Source: Hemiscyllium ocellatum (lineage: Eukaryota). Taken from it: a stretch of DNA of 64,000 nucleotides. Shown piece by piece: positions 11,470 through 23,129 of this stretch. The notes under the pieces were generated by a model. That model saw only the letters and a program-made list of their open reading frames with translations, made no database searches and was not told the DNA's origin. The position numbers were made by a program, and so were the translations under genes. The DNA lies in the NCBI RefSeq assembly GCF_020745735.1, contig NW_026869186.1, forward strand, positions 62,001 through 126,000, given 5' to 3'. Numbering within the stretch: the stretch's first letter is position 1; the number at the start of each line of letters is the position of its first letter.

Positions 11470-13640
11470 ACATAGAGCATAGAAATAGAAGAGTTGGGCA
11501 GTATACAGGCTGCTCGGCCCCTGATGTTGTGCCGAAATTTTTGTGCTACTCTATGATCAAAACATGAGTTGCATTTCACTAGCATCCATGCACCTATCCA
11601 AGATTCACTTAAATGGCCCTAATGTATCTTACTCTACTACGATTGACAGAGTACATTCCTCACAATCCACTACTTTCTGTGTAAATAATCGATCTCTGAC
11701 ATCTCCTCGAAATCTTCCTCCAATCACCTTAACATTCTGAATCCTCCTGATAGCCATTTCTGCCCTTGCGAAGAAGTCTCGGAAAATTCACTTAATCTTT
11801 CCCTCTCATCATCTTATACAACTCGACGAAAGCAGCCTCATCCTTCTTCTCTCCAGTGAGAAAAACATTTGCTCCCTCAATCTTTCTAAATAAGACATGC
11901 TGCATACTGGTAAATCTCCTTTACACCCTCTCTGAAGCTTCCAGGTCTTTCCCATAATGAGGCGAACAGAATTGAACATAATATTCCAACGGTGGTCTAC
12001 ACAAAGCCCTAGAGAACTGTAGCATATCCTCGCATCTCTTAGAATAAACCCCCCTGCTACAGAAAGCCAATGCTCAACAAACCTGTATAATAAGCCTGTC
12101 AACATAGATGGAAACTTTGAGGGAACTATGGGCATAAAACCCACGATCCATCTGGTCCTTCAGACTGCCAGGAATCTTATTTCTAACCTTGTGTTGTGCA
12201 TTCAAACCGACCTTTCAAAATAGATTGCATCAATCTTTTTCCAGGTCGAACTCCATCTGCCACATACCAACTCAGTTCTGCAACCTGTCCACGTCCTGTT
12301 GTAACCTAAAACTCTCCTTCATATTATACTTCACTCCACCAACCTCCGTGTCATCAATACAATAACTGACCCACCATTCCACTTTCTTGTCCAAGTCATT
12401 TGTCCAAACATGGAAAAAAGAGCAGAGATCATAAGAACAGATCTCTGCTGAACAACCCTCCTCAACGAGCTCCAGGCTGAAACTTTCCAGCTACGATCAT
12501 CTTCTATCTTCTGTGAGCCAGCCAATGCTGAATCCAGAAAGCCACATTTCCCTCTATCCTGTGCCTCCTTACTTTATGAATAGGCATACCACAGGGAACC
12601 TTTTCATTCCTGATAAACAGCCGATGCTCCAAACATCGACTCTGCTGCTCTTTGTGTACTGCCTAACCGGCTATGCCTTTCCAGCACCATGATCTTTTCG
12701 ACTCTGATCTTCAGCATCTGCAGTCCTCATTTTCCCCTAGATCCCTATCAACTTGATAAACTTCATGTACACCACATTCACTGCGTAACCTTCGTTAAAG
12801 CCGCATTTTGCCAGATCGTTGATGAATTCAATAAGGCTTGTGAGGTATTATCTTCCGCTCACAAAGCCATGCTGACTATTTCTATTCAAACTATTTTTTC
12901 CCAAGAAATCATAAATCCTGTCTCTCAGAATCCATTCCAGTAAGTTATCAACTGCAGTTAAAAGACCGACTGCTGTATAAGTCCCTGGATTGTCCCTATT
13001 ACCTTTCCTGAACAGGGAAATAAGATTTGCCACCCTGCAAGCATCGGGCACCAGTCCAGTGGATAGTAGACACACAAGGATCACGGCCAAAGGCGCAGCA
13101 ATCTCTTCCCTTGCTTCCCATAATAACGTCATATATATTTCCTATGGCAAGGGAGACTTGCGTTTCCCTATGCTATTCAAACTTTTCACCACATCCTCCA
13201 TATCAACATCAACCTTTTCCAGCTCATCAGCCTGCATCAAGCTGTTCTCACAAGTGACAAGGTACCTCTCAGCAGTGAATACTGAAGCAAAGCATTCATT
13301 AAAACGTTCACTACATCCCCCTTACTCCAAGCACAAGTTTTCTCTAGTCGTCTTGATAGGACTTACCCCTACTCCGGTCATCTCCTTGTTCCTTAAACGG
13401 TTGTAGAGTGCTTTAAGGCTTTTCGTAATCTTGATCGCTCAAGCTTTTTCCATGCAGCTTTCCAATTCTCCTCAGTCCATTCTTCAGTACCTTTCTGAGT
13501 ATCATGTAACCGTCTAGAACCCTGTCTGATCCTGTTTCCTCAACCTTAAGTAAGATTCCTTCTTCCTCGTGAATAGATGTTATACATCCCTGCCCAGCCA
13601 AAGTCCTTTTACCCAACCAGATGCAAAAGGTCACAAATTA
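11470..13640 (-). mobile_element. CR1 ORF2 (RT region to 3-prime end), degenerate, with a pLTR insert at ~12600-12738
   Basis: ORF 12848-13132 (LFRKGNRDNPGTY...SQHGFVSGR) and C-terminal motifs 11809-12144; tail near 11470. Confidence 0.85.
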
Positions 13641-13689
13641 ACGTGTGAATTGAGAGAATTTGTTCTCACTATTGAGATTATCAGCACAC

Positions 13690-13930
13690 AATGAGGGTCG
13701 GAGGGAGAATGTATTAAAAGTGGAGAACAGTCGTGCTGAGAGCAGGGTGAGAAGCCATTGAATTGAATATTACATCCTACAGACTCTAAAACTTCAAAGT
13801 GTAAAATCAGGTGTAACTAGAGCTTGGGTTGTGCTTCATCGGAACATTGCAAAAGACAGGACAGAAATGTTACCATGGGCGGCGGTAGGTTATTGAAATT
13901 GGAAGCGCTTACAATGTCACAATTGTAAGA
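13690..13930 (-). mobile_element. Penelope GIY-YIG 3-prime fragment
   Basis: Minus strand QPKL*LHLILHFEVLESVGCNIQFN resembles the PLE C-terminus EQHLIFRLGTLQP.G.N.EF. Confidence 0.5.
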
Positions 13931-14149
13931 GTGCAACCGTTCCAGACCATACCAGACACCCTCAAAATATTTTAAGAAGATATCCCAGGCCCGAACATTT
14001 CTCGTTGTTTTTGACAGGTGTGGAAAGTGTGGAGGGAAGATTTTGCAAGTGTTGTTGCTTCTGTAATTTCGTTTTTCCAATTACTTGCCGATTTGAAGCA
14101 GTATCACTCTGTTTCTGTTTCCAGACTTATCACTAAGTCTGCTGAGTGA

Positions 14150-14830
14150 AAGTGAGGACTGCAGATTAGAGTCGAGAGTGTGGTTCTAGAAACGCACAGC
14201 AAGTCAGGCAGAATCTTCCCATCAGGAGCTTTCCACAAGCATCAGTATTTCACCTGCAGTTCCACACGTGCCGGTGAGTTGGACACCTACTCATAGAGCG
14301 CTTCAAAGAATATCTCTCAGACGTCCACGCCAACTACCCCCACCGCCCCTTAGCTGAACACTACAAATCACCTTCATTTCGCCAAAGCATGCAGGGTCTG
14401 ATTCTCCTTCATCACCACGACCTAAACACCCGACTCCTTAAGGAACTTAAGGAAGAACGCCTCATCTTCCGCCTCAGGACAGTCCAATCCCACGATTTCA
14501 ATGCAGCTTTCACTAGCTTCGTTATTTCCCTTCCCCCCACCCCCCACCTTGTATTAGATCTCACCTTACAACTCGGCACTCACCTCATGAGCTGTCCTAT
14601 CTGTTCAACTTCTTTCCCACCTATCCACATCATCCTCCTCACCGACTTATCATCATTACCCCCACCTCGATTCATCTATTACACTCTCAGATATCTTCCC
14701 GGAGCCCGTTCCGATTTCTCTCAGACCTCCTCGGCTCACAGTCTCATTCCTCTTTGCACGATCCGTCAACACTCCTGCTCCTGGCATACTGGCTGATCTG
14801 CTGTGATTTTACAGCACCACACTCTCGACG
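14150..14830 (+). mobile_element. Truncated Penelope element: inverted pLTR, GIY-YIG C-terminus, pLTR
   Basis: ERFKEYLSDVHANYPHRPLAEHYKSP...KEERLIFRLRTVQSHDFN, flanked by inverted copies of the pLTR repeat. Links the palindromic repeat family to Penelope. Confidence 0.8.
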
Positions 14831-14914
14831 CTACGTAAACTGACCTTTCCCAGAATGAGTCGGCACAGAACAAATTTCCAACAATATAAGGAACTGTTGA
14901 TACTTCAAATCTGA

Positions 14915-16108
14915 TGACCTGGATGAGGGCGTAGAATGGTGGTTTAGATTAGATTACTTACAGTGTGGAAACAGACCCTACGGCCCAACAAAACACACCA
15001 ACCCAACGAAGCATATATTACCCAGACTCATACATTTACCCCTTCACATAACACTACAGGCAATTTAGCATGGCCAATTCACCTAACCTGCACAATTTTG
15101 GATTGTGGGAGAAATGTGCAAACTCCACACAGGGAGTCAACTGAGGTGGGAATTGAACCCGGGTCTCGAGCGTTGTGATAACCACTGTGCAACCATGCCG
15201 CCCAAGAGTTAGTACATTCAACAGATGACACTAATGTCGGTGGGGTTGTGGTTAGTGATGAAAGATGTTGTAGGTTACAGAGGGACATAAATAAGGTGCA
15301 GAATTGGGCTAAGATGTGGCAAATGGAGTTTAATGCGAACAAGTGTGAGGTGATTCAATTTGGTCGGAGTAAACGGAATGCAAAGCACTAGGCTAATAGT
15401 AAGATTTTTGGTAGTGTTGATGAGCAGAGAGATCTCGGTACTCAGGTACACAGATCATTGAAAGTTGCCTCCCAGGTTGAAAGGGTTGTTAAGAAGACAT
15501 ACAGTGTTTTAGCTTTTATTAATAGAGGGATTGAGTTCCGGAACCATGAGGGTATAATGCAGCTGTACGAAACTCTGGTGCGGCCGCACTTGAAGTATTG
15601 TGTACAGTTCAGGTCACTGCATTATAAGAAGGATGTGGAAGCTTTGGAAAGGGTGCAGAGGAGATTTACTAGGATGTTGCCTGGTATGGAGGGCAGGTCT
15701 TACGGGGAAAGGCTGAGGGACTTGAGGCTGTTTTCGTTGGAGAGAAAAAGGTTGAGAGGTGACTTAATAGAGACATATAAGATAATCAGAGGGTTAGATA
15801 GGGTGAGCCTTTTTCCAAGTAAGATAACGGCGAGCACGAGGGGGCATAGCTTTAAATTGAGGGGTGATAAATTTAGGACAGATTTCAGAGGTAGTTTCTT
15901 TACTCAGAGAGTAGTAAGGGTATGGAATGCTTTGCCTGAAACGGTAGTAGATTCACCAACTTTAAGTGCATTTAACGTGTCATTGGACAAACATATGTAC
16001 GTACATGGAATAGTATACGTTAGATGGGCTTCAGATGAGTATGACAGGGCGGTGCAACATTGACGGCCGAAGGGGCTGAACAGCGCTGCAATGTTCTATG
16101 TTCTATGA
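14915..16108 (+). mobile_element. CR1 3-prime half interrupted by a SINE
   Basis: DDT RT motif region at ~15225, ORF 15458-16063 CR1 C-terminus, TTCTATG tail at ~16100. Confidence 0.9.
14944..15203 (-). mobile_element. HE1-like V-SINE inserted in CR1
   Basis: TTAGATTAGATTACTTACAGTGTGGAAACAG tail; head GGGCGGCATGGTTGCACAGTGG on the minus strand. Confidence 0.9.
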
Positions 16109-16299
16109 AGCTTAATTTGAGCATAAAGTTCTAAATAGACACCGTGTGAAGTGCTCTGCGAAGTTATACTTTGTTGAAACTAATTTATTGTTGATTCTGT
16201 TATGTTAATGAATGTATCATTCTAAGACACAGAGGTTTACACTATTCCGTCTTGAGTTCCTCAACTCCTGTCTATCCTTAACTTTGTTGTCTTCCATCC

Positions 16300-16925
16300 T
16301 GACGAGTCGACAATTGTGCTGGTGGAAAAGCACACCCGGTCAGGCAGCATCCGAGGATCAGGAGAGTCGAAGTTTCGAGCATAAGATTTCATCATGTATG
16401 AGGGAATGCCACAAGGGTGAAAAAGGACGCTAACTTGAGGAACGTTTCAGAGAACATCTCTGGGACACACGCAATGCACAACCGCACCACTCTTTGGCAG
16501 AAGGTTTTAACTCCACAAAGATATGCCAGTACAGCGTATTCTCCACCGCCAAAGTTTAGCCACCCGAGGCCTGGAGCAGATCTCCTCCACTGACGTTATC
16601 CCAGATCGAATATTCGAAATCAGCTCCGTCCTCTTGAACTGTCTGACATGTCCATCTTGTTTCCCACCAGTCTGCATCATCCTCCTTCCCAAACTATCAC
16701 CATTACCACCTCACCTCCATACACCCATTGCATTATCAGAAACCCTTTCACCCGGTCCCACATCCCTCCCAATTATCTTTCAGCCAGATTGGTCCAGACC
16801 CTCATTCCTGAAGAGATTATGCTTGATCAGTCGACTCTCCTGCTCCTCAGAACCTGCTCGACCAGCTATGCTTTTCTAGCACCGCAGTCTGATCTCCAGC
16901 ATCTGCAGGTCTCACTTGCTCTTCT
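16300..16925 (+). mobile_element. Truncated Penelope element with inverted pLTRs
   Basis: ERFREHLWDTRNAQPHH GIY-YIG region between inverted pLTR copies. Confidence 0.75.
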
Positions 16926-17823
16926 TCTGTCTTGAAAACGCAAACACCTATTCCGAGCATTGTTGTTTTTCTGAGCTGCTGATAGATCCTGTACCTATGT
17001 GAATAATCACTCAATTAACCATGTTTGTGGAGTAAACACTATGTTGCAGACTTGTTCCATCGGATGTGCAACATGGAGAGAATCCACTTCTTCCACCACC
17101 CACCCTCGGTGTGTGCTGCTGTTTTTGTACCACATGACGCTAATCCTGCCAAATTAATTTAAAACTGCAAGCATTTCCAATTGTTTCATCCTTCAGGAAC
17201 GTGTAGAGCTTACTTCGAAATTGCATAAACATATTGGAGATCATGGTATCAAATGTAATTCATTAACATGGATGGAAATCTGGTTGGCAGAGCACAGTTA
17301 GAGAGTGGGAATGAACGGGTTCTTTTCTAAGTGACGGTCAGTGAAGAGTCGGGTGCAATAAGGTTCAGTACTGTTATCTCGGTTGTTCACAATATACATT
17401 CAAGGTTTCGATGAAGGAATTCTATGCACTATCGTCACAAAATAACAACACAGACAATTCAGAAACCTTGATAAAGAAACTGACGATTCGACATCTCACA
17501 GATGAAAAAAAAAACTCGTCCTCGTAAGAGGGCCGACCTACAATTACAGCAATATGGGGACAAAAAATCTAGAGCAGCTCTGGAATCAACACGGAAAGAG
17601 AATCGATCTTCAGAAGAAACGCAGCAGGTCACCAGACAGCCAGTTGCACAAAACCATAAGCAGGAAGAAAGAAGAGAATATCTTCAATGCACACGATAGC
17701 CAGCCCGACAATGATTCAGAAAAGGCAGAAATATTGTAAGCTGACCGGCAGGCAAAGGACACATGACCGTCACCCTAAATATAACAAAGTTCATTGAAAA
17801 TGAGAACTCACTACTCACAGATA

Positions 17824-18134
17824 GATTAGATTAGACTTACAGTGTAGAAACAGGCCCTTCGGCCCAACAATTCCACACCGACCCGCCGAAGTGAAACCCA
17901 CCCATACCCCTACATTTACCCCTTACCTAACACTAGGGGCAATTTAGCATGGCCAATTCACCTGACCCGCACATCTTTGGACTGTGGGAGAAAATCGGAG
18001 CACCCGGAGGAAACCCACGCTGACACGGGGAGAACGTGCAAACTCCACACAGTCAGTCGCCTGAGTCGGGAATTGAACCCGGGTCTCTGGAGCTGTGAGA
18101 TAGCAGTGCTAACCACTGTGCCACCGTGCCGCCC
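17824..18134 (-). mobile_element. Complete HE1-like V-SINE inserted in the Penelope RT
   Basis: Head GGGCGGCACGGTGGCACAGTGG (box A) and GGTTCAATTCC (box B). TSD AGATA at 17819-17823 and 18135-18139; removing the insert restores LLTDTN. Confidence 0.95.
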
Positions 18135-19661
18135 AGATACTAACGCAACAGCTACAAAATCGTATCACAGTATCACTGAAGAAACCCCACACAACAAGGG
18201 AAGTTAACAAGACAGATATCTAAAGAATGAAGCCAAATAGATTCAACACACCCAGTTACGTTAGATTAGCTAAGGTATAAAGCTGAGCCCACCTCATATC
18301 TAGAGTCTCACTTCCAGCCACACCGACATTCAAACTAACAAGGGAATTTCATGACCAACTGTAATATCTGGCAGAAGTATCATGCCACACCATCCACTTC
18401 ACCTAAGTATTCCTGAACGTCATCAAAGACACCAAGATAGAAGAGGACGAGGTCATGTAGTCCTTCTACGTAACGGCCATATTCACCTGAATCAACATCA
18501 GCCTGACCAAAGTACATGTGACTTCACTACTAGTCGATCCAAGGACACGAACACCAAACAGAAGCAACTCTATCAGCAAGGACATCATTCTAAAGCTAGT
18601 AGATCTGTGCCTCAAAACTCACTTTAGCTTCAACAACAACAAGACCTACAAACAATCAATGGTACAACCTTGGTCATCTCAAATATCAGGTTTTTTTTTT
18701 AGAAGAAGCAGTTATGCAGAAACAACAGCCCTCCAAACGATCCAACCCAAACTTTGGGTCCACTATTTGGTTGCCACAAATGGCATCATGAAAAGGGGAA
18801 AAAAGAAAAGCTCAACATAATTAATAACATTTTTACTTGCAAAAAAATCAAGAAAGCGAAGGAGAACAGCATGAGAATTACCGTCCTTGATTCCACAGCG
18901 GGAAAAAACGTCATTCGAGAGTGGTAGACTTGCGTCCACAGGAAAGCACACACACAGTCCAGATAGGGACCTGTGGAAGCAATCATCCCAGCATACACAA
19001 ACGGAGCTGCATCGGAACATTATGTAAAACATAGTGCAGCACCCAGCAGCAGAAGAAAATTAACCCTACAGCGTATTCAAAATCAACGGGTACGCAATAA
19101 GTGCAGTCCACTTAAACAACAGACCGAAACAAGAAGACACAACAGACCCAGAGACTCTAGCCTAGCTGACATCCATCAAAGACGTCTCAGTGATGACGGT
19201 CAGATGACACTGACCCCTTGGCATCTTGGTTCGCTCAAACAACTGTTCACACATTGAAACAGCCATTGTTAAAATAATTGATCCTTTATTACCTAGCTTC
19301 ATATTAAAAACCATACTTCAAGACCCTCAGGCAAACAGGCAGAAAACTCGCCATCAGGATATATGAGCAGCAATTAGCCAGGAAAAGACATGGCCAACTA
19401 TCACTAGTTTCACTATGCACACACGAAGGAGGACACCACTTCGACTGGGCAAAGCAATCCATCATCGCAAAGGCTAAACAAGCACGCGTATGCAAATTCC
19501 TAGAGTACGTCAATCAAATAGGAACTCCATTAATAAGGACATCAATTTGGACCTCATTTGCCAACTGAAGTAAACAAGATGACTGGAAATGATATCACTC
19601 ACCTGAACAGACCAAGACACAAAAGTACAAAGTGGGACCGAGCAGCAATGCTTCGACAGAG

Positions 19662-19705
19662 TCTCACTGACGATGTTAACTAGCAAGGTGACGAAACGTC
19701 TGAGA
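19662..19705 (+). ncRNA. Minimal type-I hammerhead ribozyme at the Penelope 3-prime end
   Basis: TCTCA-CTGACGA-T-GTTAAC(TAGCAA)GGTGAC-GAAAC-GTC-TGAGA. 5-bp stem I, intact core, stem II with one mismatch, palindromic ACGT stem III, GUC site. Confidence 0.75.
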
Positions 19706-19794
19706 ACAATTCTACCAGCTCAGTGAGAAAACGTACAACCTCCGAATTTACGAATGTCACTTAGCTAGATAGCAGTGTCCTTGGTGTTGAACCA

Positions 19795-19948
19795 ACACAG
19801 CACATCATGCAGCGTTCGAGGAGCAATCGAGTCGACGTTGAAGGGCTTTTGCGAGAAACGTTGACTTTCCTGCTCCTCGGATACTATACTTTTCCAGAAC
19901 CACACTGTCGACTCTAATCTCCTGCATCTGCATTTCTCACTTTCGCCT
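19795..19948. mobile_element. Degenerate pLTR palindrome
   Basis: GAAGGGCTTTTGCGAGAAACGTTGACTTTCCTGCTCCTCGGAT...CATCTGCA; same family as 10517-11370. Confidence 0.6.
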
Positions 19949-19949
19949 G

Positions 19950-20800
19950 GATGGCAATGTGTGCCGTGAAGGGAATGTTGAAAGGCTGCAGGGTGACTGA
20001 CTGGGCAAGTACTTGGAAAGTGCAATATGATGTGGATAAATGTGAGGTTGTCCACGTTGTTTCCAAAGAAAAAGCACGGCAGATTATTGTCGGAATGATG
20101 GCAGATCATGAAAAGATGAGGTACCGTGGACTTGGATATCATGGTGGAGCAGTTTCTGAAGGTTGGCATGCAGAAGCAGCAGGGAGTGAGGATAGTTAAT
20201 GGCATGCTGACCTTCATAGCGAGATGATTTATGTATCAACGTAATGCTATCTTTGCGCAGTTATGCAGGGCCTGGAGAGGCCAATCTTTGCGTTTGTGTG
20301 CAGTTTCAGTGTTTTCGTCTGAGGAACAGCGAAGATTCACCACACTGATTCCCACCTGATGGCAGGACTGACATATCAGGAAAACGTGGATCGATGGGAC
20401 CTGTTTGAACTTGAATTTGGAAGAATGCGACCGAACCTTAGAGAGACATGTAAAAGCCTGCTGAGACTGACGAGGTTTGATGCAGGAAGGATCATCCCAA
20501 TGTTGGGAAATCCCAGGTCAAAGATTAAAGAGTAAGCGATACAGGACGAAATGAGGACTCTTTTTCTTTACTCAGAGATTTATGAGCCTGTGTAATTGTC
20601 TGACACAGGAAGATGTTGGAGCCAATTCCTTGGATATTTTCAGAAGAAGCTGGAAATGGGACTTTCAGTTCAATGGATAAAGAGTTATTAGAAGAGGGCA
20701 CTAATAGGGCAGTGAGATTGTGCAATCAGCCATGATCCATTGAATGGTAGTTCAGGTTCGAAGGGCCGAATGGTCTATTCTTGTATTAGTTTGTATGCTT
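19950..20800 (+). mobile_element. CR1 3-prime fragment (older subfamily)
   Basis: WASTWKVQYDVDKCEVVH, later FFTQR-like motif and GAAGGGCCGAATGG 3-prime UTR. Confidence 0.8.
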
Positions 20801-21729
20801 CTAATACGGCTGACAAGACTATTCTGCCAATGTTTCCCATGCTGAATAAGTATCTGTGAATTCTGTTTCCCCTCTGTCATACAGTAGCGAATGTCCCTTT
20901 TTGGCTGCTCCTCTATAGCTTGTGATTTCTTGTGATATTTCTTGTGATTTCCCAACTGTCTTGATTAACGGCTGCCATTCTTTTGTGACCCCTGCTTCAC
21001 CACAAGTGCAAATCACTTTCGCTAAGTCTGTCTACTCCCGTGTCAATTTTATTCGTATCTCGACTTCCTCTTTTCTGGAGGAAATTGCCTCGAGCTGTTC
21101 AGTTATTTGTGGAAAGTTACCACACCTCGGTTTTGGCATTATCCTTTAAGATGTTCTTTGGTAGCCCTGCAAAATCTTCATTAATGATCCGCGGGCCAGA
21201 CCGATGCATAGTGCTCCCAGTCTGCTAAAACCATTGGAAGTGAATGAGCAACTGGCTGCAAGGTAACATATGTGAATCTCACTGGAGATTCCACTCTTCC
21301 TTCCCTTCCCAATTACAGTCAGCTGAACATCTCCCTAACTTCACTTATGTTGACAGATCATGAAAGTTGATGCTATGTTGCTTGGAGAAACAAACCTTAG
21401 AGAGAAGATGTGACGGAGGTGCACAGTCGCCTGTGCATGGTGAATGGAGAGAAAAGTTTGCAAATGATAGATGAATCGAGGATACAAATCCAGAGAGTTA
21501 GATTGATTGGCAGAAGAAGCAATGGCGATACAAGAAGCAATTTTATGTTGTAGGGAACGATTCGGACCTGGAATGGCCTGCTGAAGATTGAAATGGATAT
21601 AGATTCATTCGAGCAAGCACGGATTATTGACAGAAAAGGAAGAGCGTGCATGATTAATGGGAGTGGGTTAACAGTTCTCTTGGAGAATCAGCACAGAAGT
21701 GAAAGGATAAATGGCCACCTACAGCTGAG

Positions 21730-22760
21730 CCAGACCCTTCGGCCTAAACTGGTCCATTCTGTCCAAAGTGGTCATCCATGCTAACCCCATTTCGCTAGAC
21801 TTGACCTATGTACGTCTACACTTTTCATATACATGTATTTGACCAATAACCTTTCAAAACGTTGTTCATGTCTCTCACACAACCACTTGTGTTTGTAACA
21901 TATTGTAAATGCATACCATGGTCTGTTTAAAAAAGCTTGCCCCTCAGGTTCCCTTGTATTCTTTCCCATCTAACATTCAACTTATTCCCTCTATTCCTCA
22001 ATTCCACAATCATGGAAATAGACTGAATGTACCCACTCTATCCATGCAAATCATGTTCTGATATATTTGTATCAGATCCCCCCTCATTCTCCTACACACT
22101 AAACAGAAAGTTCACGACTTCGCAATCTCTCCAAATAATTCAGACCATTGAGTCCTGACAACATCCTTGTGAATTCCTTTTGCACTTCCTCGATTTTAAT
22201 AATAATATTTCTGCAGCAGCGTTACCAAGTCTGAATATAATACAGCAAGTACGGCATTGCCAACTGCACAACTCCTGTACAACTGCAACATAACGTACAA
22301 TCATGTATACTCAGTGTACTGGCTGATGATTACCAATATGCTAAAAGCCTCCTTTACTGCCTTGTTTATTTGTGGTTCCAATTTTAGAAAAACGTACATC
22401 TCGACATTGGTTTTCTGCTGTAACACTGTAACACTTCAGGCCTTACCATTCACCATGAAACTCTTACTTGATTTGACATTCCATAAAAAAAGGCCTCATG
22501 CTCATCGATATAAAACTCAATTTGCTATTTCTCAGCCCTCTTCCCCGGCTGATCAATTCCTGTTGAACTGTCTGATAACCTTCATGACTGTCCATGAACT
22601 GCCTATTTTCTTTTCGACTGGAAACTTCCTAATCGTGCCTCGCACAGTCTAATCCAAATCATTGATTAAAAACAACAAACAAAAATGAGCACTGTTCCCT
22701 GAGACACCCCAAAGGTTAAACGCTCCAGTCGGACAAGCATCCTTCTACCATTGAAATCTT
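21730..22760 (-). mobile_element. Degenerate CR1 3-prime fragment
   Basis: Reverse complement of a CR1 C-terminus (GTGCAAAAAGGAATTCACAAGGATGTTG) and 3-prime UTR. Confidence 0.7.
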
Positions 22761-22848
22761 CATAATTAACCCCACTGCCCTGTGGCCGTACACTTCAGCG
22801 CCCCCTCCATTTCTGCCGCTTTGTACCAATGAAATAGTGTCATGTTCA

Positions 22849-23127
22849 TAGATTAGATTACTTACTGTACGGAAAAAAGCCCTTCAGCCCAACAAGTGGT
22901 CGAAGCACAACCCAGCCATACATTTACCCCTTCACTACGGGCAATTTAGCATAGCAATTCACCTGACCTGCACATTTTTGTGACTGTGGGAGGAAATAAG
23001 AGCAAGCCCATGCACTCACTTGGCGAAAGTGCAAACTCCACACAGTCAGTCGCTTGAGACCGGAATTGAACGCGGGTTGCTGGCATTGTAAGGCAGCAGT
23101 GCTAACCACTGTGCCACCGTGCCGCCC
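22849..23127 (-). mobile_element. HE1-like V-SINE
   Basis: Same head, core and tail as 17824-18134. Confidence 0.92.
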
Positions 23128-23129
23128 AC

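Larger units (their letters stand above)
9700..11470 (+). mobile_element. Old CR1 3-prime region interrupted by nested insertions
   Basis: Degenerate ORF2 C-terminus 10180-10516 that resumes at 11386 (RPFCIEMGKNVFTRRV). Confidence 0.7.
17440..19745 (+). mobile_element. Near full-length degenerate Penelope-like retroelement (RT + GIY-YIG)
   Basis: PAGKGHMTVTL (PADKG), SLPATPTFKL, ISKDIILKLVDLCLKTHFSFN, QPKLWVHY (W.RYVDD), QTGRKLAIRIYEQQLA and GHHFDW...KFLEY (GIY-YIG). Has frameshifts and stops, and a hammerhead at its 3-prime end. Confidence 0.88.

Noticed and set aside
18060-18134. tRNA gene (box A/box B)
   Set aside because: It is the tRNA-derived head of a SINE, continuous with SINE core and tail; the same applies to the other copies.
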